NCBI GenBank assembly: GCA_013239625.1
Contig: MU053881.1
Span: 14,188,373-14,252,372, forward strand
DNA length: 64,000 nt
Reading direction: 5' to 3'
Source: Lama guanicoe
Taxonomy: Eukaryota
Below, piece after piece: positions 11,788 to 24,703 of this stretch. The position numbers were made by a program, and so were the translations under genes. Under the pieces are notes generated by a model. That model did not search any database. It saw only the letters and a list, made by a program, of their open reading frames with translations, and had not been told where the DNA came from. Position 1 is the stretch's first letter, and each line of letters opens with the position of its first letter.

Positions 11788-13102
11788 TATGTAATGTGTG
11801 GCCATCCCACCCTCTGGTAGGGACCGTCTTGACCTCTTTCCCGGAGAAGTGCTTCAGGCATAACCACCTGCTCCTGGAGCTACTTCGTGTGCCCTGCACC
11901 CCAGGCTCTGTGCACACCCGGTTGCTTGCAGTGCTGTTAAGCATCCCCTAAAGGAGGACTCCAGAATCATGAACTGCGGTTCTACTTACTCAAGAAGAAA
12001 TTATTCCCAACATTCTCAGAAGCTTCTAGATCCTTGGTCTCCAAACCTGTGATTTCACAACAAACTTCACAGTTTTTTGCCTAAATCCTCACATTACCTG
12101 TACTGTTGTTTATTTAATGATTTCATTTAAATTGACTCACTTTGAACATTTTAGAATTTATTTTTAGAAGAATTTTTTTAGCACTATAGTAAATGAATAG
12201 TCGTCCTCCCTCACCACTAAGAGAACGCTGCTGAACAAAGACCATGTGAACAAAATAATGCTATTAAAATTGAGAACCCAGTTGACTGCCATAACTGTTG
12301 TCTGTCTTCATTTCAAAGTGACGTTGACAGAAGCAAGAGATATCAAGAATATATTTAGATCCAAAATCTGTCTTTATCTTTGATGTAATCAAAAGTAGTG
12401 GAGGGAACTGATGGAGGAAATCATTTCTTCACTGCATTTCAAGGTAAACATCAGAAAAAATAAGAAGTTTCTTTAAATCAATAAGACTCACATACATGGT
12501 CAGTTTTAACCAGTACAAGCAATGCATTTGTATCAATGGATAAACACACAGTCAATGTGTGTTTTTGTTTTTCTTTTTTCAATTAAGAAGCCACAGTCAA
12601 GTCGTAGTGATCTGCCTCTACTGGTTGGATGATCTGGGGCCAGCTACTAAGGATTTCACTGCTTCTGTTTCCTCATCTCTAAACTCAAACCAGTAATACC
12701 CATCCTACCCTACCACACAGGAATGTTCTGAGTAACAAAGGAGAACGGAGATGACTTGTGAGGAATGAAAAGCACTCTGCCAGCATGACATATGGTTCTA
12801 ATTTACTAATGTATCGATATTATTTATTCTGTTACACCATGCCTGTATCAGTCCCCATCTTGCTGAGCTATTTCCATTCCCGTTCCCAAGCTGTCTGTCC
12901 TATTTTGGCCATTAATTTGGTCCCAAATTCATATTGCTTTGATGCTGTTTGAAATATTGCAGAGAAATGTAAAACTCAGAGAGCGATTCGTAGGTCATCT
13001 CTTAAATGGTAGTGTTTTATTAACTATTTTACTAAAGGAGAAAGTGAGATTTTTAACCTGTGTTGCCCGCTAATACCAAATTCATTATTCTGCTCTTTGT
13101 AG

Positions 13103-13424
13103 GAAACCTGTGAATCCATCCTCAACTTTGCACTGGAAGAGGTCAAGCAATTCCATGGACCACAGAAGCCGGACCGCAAGCACTCTGGGTCCTGCCTCCC
13201 CTCTGAGACACCGCCCCCCACCTCAGGAGCTGCAGCCCCAGAGGTTGGGTTGGTCATCGATGGGAAGACATTGAACGCCATTTCCCAGGGGAAACTGGAG
13301 AAGAAATTTCTGGAGCTGACTCAGTACTGCCGGTCCGTCCTGTGCTGCCGCTCCACCCCGCTCCAGAAGAGCATGCTCGTCAAGCTGGTGCGAGACAGGC
13401 TGAGAGCCATGACCCTTTCCATAG
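13103..13424 (+). CDS. ATP10B: ATP10B coding exon ([17 protein letters not shown]...LVIDGKTL...CCRSTPLQK...MTLSIG)
   Basis: Acceptor ctttgtag|GAA; donor TAG|GTACCC; 322 bp, phase 0 to 1; open throughout. Confidence 0.95.
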
Positions 13425-15047
13425 GTACCCGTCCTGCAGAGGGAGGGGGCAGCCTGGCCCAGAGCGGGGAGGTCAGGTGTCACAGACGGGATGCTCAGGC
13501 TGAGGGTCACTGTCGTAGAGGGAGGGAGTTCAACGTGGCAATCAAGACATAGCAGCCAGCAGATGAAGCAGAGGCTAAGAGTAGGGAATGAGAACCCCAG
13601 TTCTCAGGATTAGCCAGTCCACTGAGGAAAAATCAGGACTTGGATGGAGGCCAAATCCAAGAGGAGCCTCAAGCTCAGAACATCCAGGTCGCTCAATGAC
13701 AGACACTCAGGCCAACTCAGTTCTGCGATGCAGACCATGTACCTTCAGTACTTGACACATGACACAATACTATGAACCTCAGGTGTTTGTGGATTCGATA
13801 TTCTGCTAAGTGTTGATGGCTGGTGGGGAGATTTTAAAAGTTGAGCCTTGTCCCGTGTTTAACGCTGTATGTTTGTTTCTAAATACAAGACTCAACACAG
13901 TGCACACCCGTCATACACGCTGGCTTGTGGGTTGAGGAAGAATCCTTGATAAGAGACTCAACGTTAACCGTGGTTGAGGCAGAGAAATTAAAACTGTCCT
14001 TACTTCGAACCTTCTAGAAACAACCCACCTTGGTTCACCAGAATCTTCACGGTCTGGTCTCCCTGAGCTCTCCCTCTTTCTCACCACAGCCACCTTCCTC
14101 TCCCCAACACTCAGTTCTCGGTGTTCCAACCAGATGAAACTGCTTCCCATTCACCACGAGCCTCGTTCTCTCTCACTCCAGGCTTTTGCTCAAGCCGTCT
14201 CCTCTGTAAAACCTCCTTCCGGGCCCGCCTCCTGTTCCTTTTCGCTGGGGGATCCCGCGGAGCTGTGATGCCTTCAAGGATGTCCTGCTCAGTAGGCCTG
14301 GTAGATTCTTAAGTAGAGGGACAAAGTCAGCTACATCCCATGCCCAGCACACACCAAGCACATAGTAAACGCTGCTTTCGTTCAGGGACATTTTTACCGA
14401 TGGTTCTCATCCTCCTTCACAGACATGGAAAGAGATCTTCTTTCCTGACATTTCAAATAACAGATCTCCTCCTTTACATTGTGGGGTTTTTTTGTTTTGT
14501 TTTTTCCTCCTGATCTTGAGGTAAAAGTTCAAGACCAGAAGGGAAAAAAAAAAGTGGGGAGTGGACAGAACACAGGGGGCACAGCTTTAGCAACTGCATC
14601 CTAATTTTATCCCCTGAATTGTCCTCATCAAAACTTGAGACACACTTAAGGCACCAGCCCAGCACTGACGCCCGGAGGTCGGGGACTGGCTTCACGGCCG
14701 CGGCGGCAGCAGCAGCAAGGGAGCCCGCAGGGCGAGAAATAGCGCGATTCCACGCCTCTCCTTCCGCGGGCTTGCCGGCAGAAGAGGCTAAAGGGTGGGT
14801 TTGCTCTGCCCTGGGGAAGATGAAAATTACGCACTGCTATGCTGTCAAGGAAAAAAGGATCCTTAGAAAAAGAACGGCTACTTACAATGACAAGATTTTT
14901 AAGATGGATAACGTTCTGTTGCCAAATAATTAAAGGAAGAAAATTCTCTCTCCCAATTCCACATTCTCTAGAATGGCTCATGTGAATGTAGTGGTGTATG
15001 ATTATGAGAACCTACTGGGAAAACAGGCGGGGGCATGAGAACACCGA

Positions 15048-15262
15048 AGGCAGTTCAGTCCACAAACCATGGTTCTCAGCCTGAGTTCAGCCCACCGCGT
15101 GTTTCTAGAGGGGGGCCGAGCACAGTTTCTGTGTTTTTAATTGTAAAATGTGTAAAAACGATTTGCCTCTCGGCAGACCAGTTGTTCAGTTTTGCTTCTT
15201 GGCTCACAAAGCCTAAAATACCTATTATCTGGCCCTTTCTAGAAAAAGCTTGCTAAACTCTA
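15048..15262. mobile_element. hAT-Charlie MER58-like MITE
   Basis: Ends ggctcacaaagcctaaaata...tatctggccctttctagaaaaagcttgctaa, like the MER58 terminus (from memory). Confidence 0.65.
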
Positions 15263-15317
15263 GTCTGAAGGATAAGGCGCTGGGAGAAGCCAGGCTGTGA
15301 GGAAGACCTCGCCGTGT

Positions 15318-15480
15318 AGCGCTGTGCCGTCCAGAATGGTTGCCACCTGCTGTATGTTTAAGTTTAAACAGACGTTCACCAGCCACATGTTAATAGTCAT
15401 AGGTGGCTCATGGTTTTTACAGTGGGCAGTAAAGATACAGGACATTTCCATTACAGAAAAAATCTGTTTGACAGTGCTGA
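15318..15480. mobile_element. hAT-Charlie MER3-like MITE
   Basis: tagcgctgtgccgtccagaat...atttccattacagaaaaaatctgtttgacagtgctg with inverted termini. Confidence 0.55.
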
Positions 15481-16212
15481 TGTAAAAGGTGGCACGTGCA
15501 GGTGTGTGTCTGTCCACGCCCTAACCTCCGGCTTCCTGAAACTGAGTCCATTGAACGGGAACTCAATGTGACTAAATGGACCTCCACCCAAAAACTGAGT
15601 CAGTTCCATTTTCCTATATTCAGAGACATAACTGAACACAGTCCCTGTCCTTGGACACCACTGACAGTCTCTGATGGTTTAGCTATCCAAGATTCCAGTT
15701 GTCTTGATAGGGTCAGTATTATAAGTTATCCCGAGCGAGGGGAGGTCTGCTGGCCCTGGAATTAGAAAGATCTTAGAGCCAGTTCTCCCGGGTCCCTTCA
15801 CTGGCTGAATCACCCTTGCCGAGTCCCTGTGCTGCTCAAATTCTCTATTTGCTCCTCGGTAAAAAAAAAAAAAAGTCCATGGTAACATCTGCAAAGGCCT
15901 TTTTGGCAAACTGTAAAGCACTGCCTGTGTCTCATTCACCATTGTACTCCCAGTCCCTAATATTGTACCTAGGAAAAGGACACAATAATTATTCGTTGAG
16001 TGATAAAGAAAAAGTAGGGCTTCTTGTCCAAAGAAGAAAAGACATCTCTTGGGCTAAATGACTGTAGTGATGACTTTTTCTGTAGGACTCTTCAGAGCAG
16101 CATTAAAGGATTCGATTATGTACAAATGGGGACAATTTAGGACCCACTCGTATAAAAATTCTCATTAGCATGCAGCAGTCAGACCATGACCTCACGCCCT
16201 CTCTCCTTTCAG

Positions 16213-16289
16213 GTGATGGAGCGAATGACGTCAGCATGATTCAAGCTGCTGATATTGGAATTGGAATATCTGGACAGGAAGGCATGCAG
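16213..16289 (+). CDS. ATP10B: ATP10B coding exon ([26 protein letters not shown]), P-type ATPase hinge
   Basis: Acceptor cctttcag|GT; donor CAG|GTACTG; 77 bp, phase 1 to 0; GDGAND motif. Confidence 0.96.
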
Positions 16290-17598
16290 GTACTGTCCCC
16301 TTCAGTCCTTCTCCTTTCTCTCTTAACTCTCCTTTATCCTTATTGGCGAGATAAGGAATTGCCCCACAGTGTTGAGGAACTTCTCCCAGAGAGCTTTGCA
16401 GAATTATCATCCGAAAGGCAGGGGACTTCCATGCCTATTCATAACCTCCATCACCACATCCCTACTGCCTGGTCCTGCAGAACAGAGAGGGAGATCAAAG
16501 GCTGCTTGGCTTTTAACAGTCAGCTGGCTGTGTTCTGTATTCTAAAGCCGCAGAGTGCCCAACCGCTCAGGGGAAACCACGCCTTCCCCTGACTCCCGCT
16601 TCCTCCCTGTGACCTCCCCCCACAGCCAAGGTCGTGGCGCTGTCCGTGAGCAGTGAGGGACGTAAAGACATTGGAAAACATGTTTCATTTGCCATTTCAG
16701 CCCTGATGGCCGGATGGGCCTATAAATTGCCTGGTTCACCTTAAAAGTTTACCCAATTTACTCAAAACTTAGCTTGGGACAAGCATATGAACTTGAGGTG
16801 CTAATGTTTCCCCATTAAGACAGACCCCACTTTGTGATTCTGAACCACGAACAATTACATTCTCACCACCACAGCAGACATTAGGCACGGCCTAAATTTG
16901 TTGGTGAGTGTCTGCCATAGGCCAGCAGTCTCTTCACACGTGACGTTTATTATCCCGTTAATTTCAGCAGTCGCCGCACCCTGTGTGTTAGGGATTGTTA
17001 TTCCATCGTTTTCAGATGAAGAAACTGAGGCTGAGAGAGGTTGAACACCTGGACCAAGCTTCACAGCAGGATGTGCAACCAGGCACGTCCAAACCTCAGA
17101 CTCTTCCAAGTCCTATGACCTGGGCCTTGTTCTGAGTAATCCTAGGGGCCGAAGACACATTTCAGCTCCACAGAAGGGAAGAGCTAGCCAACCGTCAGCT
17201 CCCCCGGAGAGTGAGCCAACGGCCTGCCTCAGGCGGTGGCCAAGGGTGTTCAGGGGTTTGAGGGTCACTTGCACAGAAGCCCCTTCTGTCTGGTCGAGCA
17301 TCACATCTGGTTGCCAGTAAATGCTTGTTGAATAGACAGAAGGAGGTGAAGGGCCAGACCAGACCACCGGTCCCCTCTGGCCTGCCTTTCTTGGATTCTA
17401 GTGAAGTTTGGATTTCCCAGAAAAGAGGGTGGGGTGTCAGAGACCCAAAAGCCACTCAAGGGTGCTACCTATGAGAAAGGGTCTTTCAGACCCTTCCAGC
17501 TATGGCCTCGGACAGAGCACGGCCCTCGAGGGAGCCTGGGGTGGGGCAGGCATTGGCAGCCGTTGGGGGAAGCTGATGTCTCCGCTCTGCCCTCGCAG

Positions 17599-17724
17599 GC
17601 CGTCATGTCCAGCGACTTCGCCATCTCCCGCTTCAGCCACCTCAAGAAGCTGCTGCTGGTGCACGGCCACTGGTGTTACTCGCGCCTGGCCAGGATGGTG
17701 GTGTACTACTTCTACAAGAACGTG
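17599..17724 (+). CDS. ATP10B: ATP10B coding exon ([42 protein letters not shown]), start of TM5
   Basis: Acceptor cctcgcag|GCC; donor GTG|GTGAGT; 126 bp, phase 0 to 0; P4-ATPase YKN motif. Confidence 0.96.
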
Positions 17725-17844
17725 GTGAGTCACCCTCTGGTCACCTCTGCCCACGGGACCTTGGGAGTCCTTTCCAGGGGGACCCAGCTCTTCCCACCGG
17801 GATAGACAAAGCATTTCAGCGTAAGGGGATGAGTCCGGCCGATC

Positions 17845-18200
17845 TGGACTTTGAAGCCTGAAGCTGTCCCAGACTAGCTCAGTGACCTTGGGCAAGATAA
17901 TTCAGTTCTCTGGGTCTTAATTTCTTTGACAAAATGAGGCTAATCCTACTTTGTGAGCTTATGGTGAAGACTGGCAACACTGTCTGGAAGGCACCTGGCA
18001 GGTAAGGGGGCAGCATGAGTAGAATTACAAGCATGGACTGTGGAGTCAGATCATATTTGGTTCAAACCTAGGCTCCCGCATTTGGTAAATCAGCCTACAC
18101 CTTAGCCTCCCCACCTGTAAAATGCGGATGCTGTTAGCACTCTTGTCATACACTTGCTATGAGGACGGGGTGACAGCTTGTGCGGAAAGTGACCGGCAGG
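17845..18200 (+). mobile_element. Two tandem MIR SINEs
   Basis: gtgaccttgggcaag...ctctgggtctta and gcatggactgtggagtcaga...tggttcaaacc...cacctgtaaaatg MIR-like cores. Confidence 0.55.
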
Positions 18201-19887
18201 TAGGGATCACCTTATGAAGTCAGCCGGTCTTTTTTTATCATTGTTGCTGCTGTCGTTGCTCTTCTGGGGGCTCTATGAATGAGATGTCTTTTCTGGCTGC
18301 AAGGAAGAAAGCCCTGAAGAGCAGCTAGCCTGACTTGTAGCTTCGGTATCCTCCCCAGAGAGAGCCACCAGCACAAGAGCCCCACCCCGCCCCTCGGGAG
18401 AGGACGGGGGAGGTCTGGGGCTGGAGTCATTGGCTTCCACTCAAAACCCAACACATCACTGCAGGCTCGCCAGCCTTCTCAACAAGGACCTCTGAATCAA
18501 ATACCTGTTTGCAAAAATGTTCGGAGCAGGGTGATCATCTGGGTCTTGCCTAACTCTAGCATGCTCTGTGGGCTTGAAAGAGTTACTTAACCTCTCTGGG
18601 CCTTGGTTTCTTCATCAATAAGATAGGGAGGCTGGGATGCTCTGTCCGTAGCAGTATTATCAAGAGGCTTCAGCGTCTGAGCTCTGGGTAGCATGTAGCA
18701 GAATACAAATACAATCATATGAAGGTATTATTGTTTCTCCAAAAAAATATGTTTATTTCTGTCTTGTTGATAAGGGCCCAAAGCAGGCACAGATCATCTG
18801 AGGTATTAAAACCACCAGCGGCACTTGTCTGCAAAGCCCTTGATTACCAACGGGTAGAGGAAGCAGTCAGAACATTGCCACGCTCGGGGAGGGAACAGGG
18901 CCTGAGGTTTTCATTATCTAGTTCAAGGACCTTTGAATAACCCCAAGAGACTCTAAACAGACTCCAACTCCCGTTTGCATAAGGAAAAAGGAGGGATTAA
19001 GTCCAGGCCGATGGAAAAGAAACACATGGGCCAAGTGCAGCTACAAAATAGCTTTATTTTTTTCCATCCTCCCATGCCTGCTTTCAGGCACTGTGACAGT
19101 TACTCTGACTCAGGACTAAGCATTTTTGTGCCAAGTTCAATGTATATGCATGACAAAAAAAATAATATAAATTCGATAAACTGGATGGTACTATTATTTC
19201 AGCAAATCTATGCAAACAAGTCTCTATGTGACCTCCAAGACTGTTTACTTAGAATTCAAAATGCCCCCATTCAATGTTTTTTTTCTCACCTTCAAAGGAA
19301 TTGTTCTCTCAAATAAGCACAACCTCTTCCCCACATTAAATTTTTGAAATAGAAAAGGAAACATTTCCAGCCAGCCACGCTTTCAGAGCTGAAATGATAT
19401 TTATTTCCAGCCCGACGCTCGGAACTGCAATACTGATGCCGCATCATCCCCCCCTTGCAATTAGAGGGCGGAGAACTATGACTTCCACATCCCAAACCAA
19501 TTTCGGAGGGGATTAAAACCCCACCTCCTCTGGAATGTGAACAGTGAATTAATCACCACACTGTAGCTGCGTGGGAGCAACAGCAGGCGCCCCATCTCAG
19601 CGATGCCATCACGGGGTTCAGGGCATCCCCTCCGGGGTGCAGGGACTCCAGCCAGGCAGAGCAAGTGGCAACGAGCAAGGTCCTCCCACGACCTGCGGAG
19701 GAAGGAAGCAGGCTTTCATGGTAAAACTCCAGGATGAGTCTTAGGACAACAGAACCACCACGGTTGACTTCTTTTGTTCAGATCATTCTGGAACGTCTTC
19801 TGGGTCAGGGACACGAGCAGGCCCTGGGTGTAGAGCAGAGATTGAGACAGACGTGGTTCCCGCTCTCATGGGGCTTACAGTCTAAAT

Positions 19888-20103
19888 CAGGGTTCAGCAA
19901 ACTTCTTCTGCAAGGGGCCGGATGAGACAGGTTTTCAGCGTTGTAGTTCGTGCAGCTGCTGTCACACCAGTGCACCTCCACCGTGGCAACGTGAGAGCAG
20001 CTTTAGACAGTATAACGTGCAACTGAATCCATGTGGCTGTGTCCCAGGAAACCTTACTTACGGCTTGATTTGACCTGCTTGCAGGATATAGTTTGTCATC
20101 TCC
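19888..20103. mobile_element. hAT-Charlie MER58A-like MITE
   Basis: cagggttcagcaaacttcttctgcaaggggccgga...tggctgtgtccca...gatatagtttgtca matches MER58A as recalled. Confidence 0.7.
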
Positions 20104-21189
20104 GGGCCCCAAGGCATCTTGCTTCTCAAAACGTGGTTCTTGGACCAGCAACAAGAGCATCATGTGAATGCAGCTCATGTGGACCTTAGAGACTGACAAG
20201 CACTAGTACAGGGGAAAAGAAATTAACATTTAAAAAACATTTTCTTCGATCCGTCTCCCCAGAGGAAGGTCAGGGCGCTACAGACATATCGCCAGGAGAC
20301 TTCTCAACCTAATGAATCCAGAAGGGAATAGCAGTTAAGCTATGGCCTGAAAGAAAAGGAGATTTAACTGTGCGTTGACCAGTTTCCTGGCTGAGGAGGA
20401 GAGGTGTGACAGCCGAGTCCTGACAGGAAATATTTCAGGAAGTTTATTTATAATTTTATAGCATACGTTGTATCGAATTCCAAAATGAAGTGTAAGCAGT
20501 TTATGGTAAAAACACAAAATCAATAGGGAAGTTATAAAGAAAATATAAAAAAGTGTAGGGCAGGAACCGCAGAAAAGGGAGGAGGGGGTGGGTCCCACCA
20601 GGAACCTGGGATGAGATGCTGAGTATTGAATGTCTGGTTAGAACAAGCAGACCAGTTCTCCAGGAGAACCGCTTTCTCTTTGCTCTAAATTCAGCAGAGG
20701 TCAACTTGTCAAGCAGACCTTTAGGAAAAAAGTCACACGACCACCTTCAGAAACTTGTCTTCAATGGCATTTTTGTAGGAAATGAAAACTAACGCCCACA
20801 GAGTCACTTTTTTTTTTTAAGTAACTCAATAAAAATCAACATTAAAATATAATTCAGTGAGGACATCTCTATAGGAAACTGAGCCAACGGTGTCCAAGCA
20901 CAAGCACTTGATTGCTTCCACTAGGGCTCAGACAAAGCCCCAGTGCCTCTGGTGTGCGCAGCGTAGGGCGGGGAGCTCGGCAAATGCTAGCTCTCTGCTG
21001 CCCGGGTCGCCAGGGTTCTCCGCACACGCCTGTTTCCGTGCTGATGCCCTGATACCCAGTCCAGCCTGGGGCTGTTTGGCATGACGTCAGCCACACCAAG
21101 ACCCACCGCCATTAAGAGAGAACCTCCCAGGTGCTGGACACACTGTGCTGGGAACTTTCCATGCCCGTGTAACTGTAACAGCTAGCTGT

Positions 21190-21415
21190 AGGGCGGAGGT
21201 TAAGAGCAAACGTGTTAAGAGTCAGACTGGGTTCGAATCCCAGCCCCGCTCTGCTACTTAATAGCATTGTGGCCTTAAGTGCTATTAAGCTCTCTGAGTG
21301 TCTTCATCTGTAAAATGAGAAAATGCCACCTAACTCCTGGGGTGATGGTGTGCACCAACGAGTTAATAGGTGTGAGGTGTTCAGAACTGCACCCTGTACG
21401 TAGTAAATGCTTCAT
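21190..21415 (+). mobile_element. MIR SINE
   Basis: ggttaagagca...gagtcagactgggttcgaatcccagc...tcatctgtaaaatgag...tagtaaatgct. Confidence 0.7.
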
Positions 21416-23159
21416 TTGTCCGGGCTAAACTACATGATGATGGTGACAGTAACGGTGGCCATGGCAACAGCAGCAGGTGCTGACAGCCTCGGGGGTGGGG
21501 ACATTTATTATCAGTTTTATAGACACACAGCCACGGGCCAGAGCCCAAGTCACGCAGATAAGGCAGCCAGAGTCGAGATGGGACTCCGTTCCAGTCCACT
21601 GCCCTTACCACCATGGCACTCGGTGCCTCCGAGAAACCCAGCCATGCTTTTCCCTGTATGTTGCCAAATCGCTTGAAGGCAAAGGTCACCGGGATACACG
21701 TAGCGTGCTGTCCGCTCTCCAAGCGTCCCTAGTGCCATGTCTCAGCGTAAACTGTTCAAGAAATGTCACATGATATCGTCACGCTTGGCCACGGAGCCTC
21801 AGCCTCCCCGACCCTAGCGCCGGGGACTGCCCGTCTTCCTTGGCTTCGGCTGTGGCCAGAGCGTGGGTGAAAACGGGGTCAGGCGCCACAGCACCTGCTG
21901 GATGGCAAGACCGTGCACCTTAAAAGACCAAGTTGATGCTCAGGGTCCGGAGAGGAGAGATCGAGGGTTAGAGCCAGAAGGAGCAGACCTACACTGTGAC
22001 CACTGGAGGATGCCCCGCTGCCTCTGGCACCCACGGCAGAAAGCGCCAGCCCATTATTCTGCGTTCAGCGCCGCCCTGACATGGCGCCCTGGGCTGGGCC
22101 TCTCCCGTCGTGGGATGGAGGGCTCTGGACCGGGGTGCGGCAGGCCGGGCTGTCGTCTCAGAACCTGAATTCACACTAACAAACACATCCACTTCCGTAG
22201 TGATTTTGAGAGTGGACTCTCGAGCCAGAACATCTGGGCGTTGCTGCTTACTAGCTCTGTAACCCCAGCCCTGTGATCTGAGCTCGCTGAGGCTCAGTTT
22301 TCTCAGCCGCAGGGTGAGGAGAGCAGGGACTGCCTCACAAGGCTGTTGTGTAGATTGGGTGGGTCAGGACGGACGCAGGAAGCGCTTTAGGAGTCTCTGT
22401 TGCTGTTACTGTTACTGCCGCTGCGATTCTCGGCCTCGCGTGTAGATGGCGTCACTTCTAGCCCTGGCGTCCTCGGAGCCTACAGCCTCACGTCGCAGTG
22501 CCAGCCCCTACCGGCCGAGGGACTGGGGTGCGGTGACTCACCCGGCTGAGCCACTCAAGCCGCCTCTGGGTACGTGGAGACAAGAGTTACTGTCTTACTC
22601 ACCCAGCAGGGAGGGAGGGGCTGGACGCCAGCACCAAGACTTTAGCACTTCAATTTTTCTGAAACCCACCGTGTCAAGGGCACGAGCGGTTGCCGTTGAT
22701 TTGCCCAGAGTGTGTTTCAAACCCACCTGCAGCACAGTAACAGACGAGCCCTCTCTCTCCAAATCTCCTGTGAGAAGGAACTTCACGGAAACCCGCAGGA
22801 GGAAAGTCCTCGCGGCATCACGAGGCTGGAGGAGGGAGAAGGCGTGGGGGCGGCCGAAGAGGAAGAGCTTTAACAACTCAGGTGCTGGTTGTGCCGCTTT
22901 CTAGCTCTGAACTCGGGCACAGCTCAGAGCCTCAGATTCCTCATCTATAGAGTGGGGCTAAGAACATTAATATTATTACCAAGTTGTATTATTGAATATA
23001 ATACTGCATAAATATAGTGCTGTTATATTAGCAATAACATTAACCTTGCTGGGCTGTTGGGACAAATTATAATACATACATATTGTACATCTGCTAATGT
23101 ACTGTATGCTGATACACTATGATATATCACACACCGGGCGCCAATACAAGCTCAGGTAG

Positions 23160-23337
23160 CAATTATGGTTTAATAATATGAATGTGTTAATAGTAATAGT
23201 AGTAGTAGTAAATAATTAAGTAATAATATTATTTATAAATAATAATTATGTGTATTATTTATATATTTTTATATATTAATATTAATTATAAATAATATTA
23301 ATATTAATAATAGTAAATAATAATTAAATAATAAATA
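23160..23337. repeat. AT-rich low-complexity tract (degenerate TAA/TAG repeats)
   Basis: Almost pure A/T with (TAA)n and (TAG)n units. Confidence 0.85.
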
Positions 23338-23981
23338 GGCTCTTCAAAATGCCCTTCTCTGGTGGGGAGGGCCTTAAGTGGGGAAGATGTTTGAGAGCAG
23401 CATAAAGCCACACTTTGGCGTAAGATTTTCTCCTTCCCCCTTGTGAGTTGCGTGGCCATGAGGAAAGTGCGGTGAGGTCAGCCCCCACAGGACGTCAGGC
23501 TTCCCGCCAGTCCTCCCAGCATCGGGGACACCCTTTCCTCTTACCACGCTGCTAGTCACAACTGCTGCCTTTCGAGATCACGTGCCACGGTGTAGGTGCT
23601 CCCGCTCCCCTCAGGAAGATGGCAAGGGATGTTCAGAAAGGCTAAGCAGTTTGCCCAAGGTCACACAGCTGGCACATGACAGCAGGATTCGAAACCAGTC
23701 CTCTCTGCCTCCAAAAGCCTATGGGCTTGGCCGCCACAGAACACTTCCCTTCGCAAACTGGCGGGCTCCCCTCCGCGCCTGAAGAAGGCTCACAGGCGGA
23801 GCAGGGGTCACGGCAGCCGTCGCTGCGGGAAGGAGTGCGGTTACCCCCACCCTCACGCCCCTGCCTGCCGCGAACGAGGACGCTCCGAGTGCGGGGAGTG
23901 ATTGTCAGAGGCTCCTGAGCGGCGCCTGGGGACCGGCTGCCCGCCGGCCGGCACTCACAAGGCCACCCTCTCTGCCTGCAG

Positions 23982-24182
23982 TGCTACGTCAACCTGCTCT
24001 TCTGGTACCAGTTTTTCTGCGGCTTCTCGGGCTCCACCATGATCGACTACTGGCAGATGATCTTCTTTAATCTCTTCTTCACCTCCTTGCCGCCTCTGGT
24101 CTTCGGCATCCTGGATAAAGACCTCTCTATGGAAACACTGCTGGCGCTGCCCGAGCTGTACAAGAGCGGCCAGAACTCCGAG
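23982..24182 (+). CDS. ATP10B: ATP10B coding exon ([38 protein letters not shown]...[11 protein letters not shown]), TM5-TM6
   Basis: Acceptor gcctgcag|TGC; donor GAG|GTAAGG; 201 bp, phase 0 to 0. Confidence 0.96.
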
Positions 24183-24598
24183 GTAAGGGGCTCGGGCCGG
24201 CAGGGGGCCGCTGACCTCCGACTCCTCCCTGGAGGTGTCAGAGAAAGAGCTCTGGGCTGGGGGCTGTGTGTCCTGGTCACCGCTCTGCCACTGGCCTCTC
24301 ACGTGACCCAGGAATGCTCCCTCTTCCTGGCCTGTTCCTCATTTGCTGTTGAAGGTGATGGCCCAGACCAGTGGGTACTTTTCTTTTTAGTTATTTCTTA
24401 ATTACATCACACATCAATATGGGCCTTCCCTAGTGGAAGGGGGAGAGGGTTCGCAGAAAGGTCCCCTCCCCCTTAGCCGCCTCTCTCAGGCCCACAGCTG
24501 AGTTGGGAAACCCCGGGGACCAAGTTAGTTTGTCCGTCACTGGGTGAGGCACTCATAAGGGAGGGCTCCCACTTTATGTCGGAGAAGACAAAACTTAG

Positions 24599-24703
24599 GG
24601 AGGGCGGGTGTAGCTCAGTGGTAGAGCACATGCTTAGCATGCACAAGATCCTGGGTTCAATCTCCAGTACCTCCAAAAATAAAATATAAATTTTTTTAGA
24701 AAG
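24599..24703 (+). mobile_element. tRNA-Ala(AGC)-derived camelid SINE, short form
   Basis: GGGTGTAGCTCAGTGGTAGAGCACATGCTTAGCATGCACAAGATCCTGGGTTCAATCTCCAGTACCTCCA plus A-rich tail; exact 13-bp TSD agacaaaacttag at 24586-24598 and 24704-24716. Confidence 0.9.

Noticed and set aside
22446..22904. 152-aa GC-rich intronic ORF
   Set aside because: No recognisable domain; its length is explained by high GC content, and it does not fit the ATP10B exon chain.
24604..24675. Functional tRNA-Ala(AGC) gene
   Set aside because: C2:C71 mismatch in the acceptor stem, two mismatches in the anticodon stem, an A-rich tail and a perfect TSD indicate a retroposed SINE.
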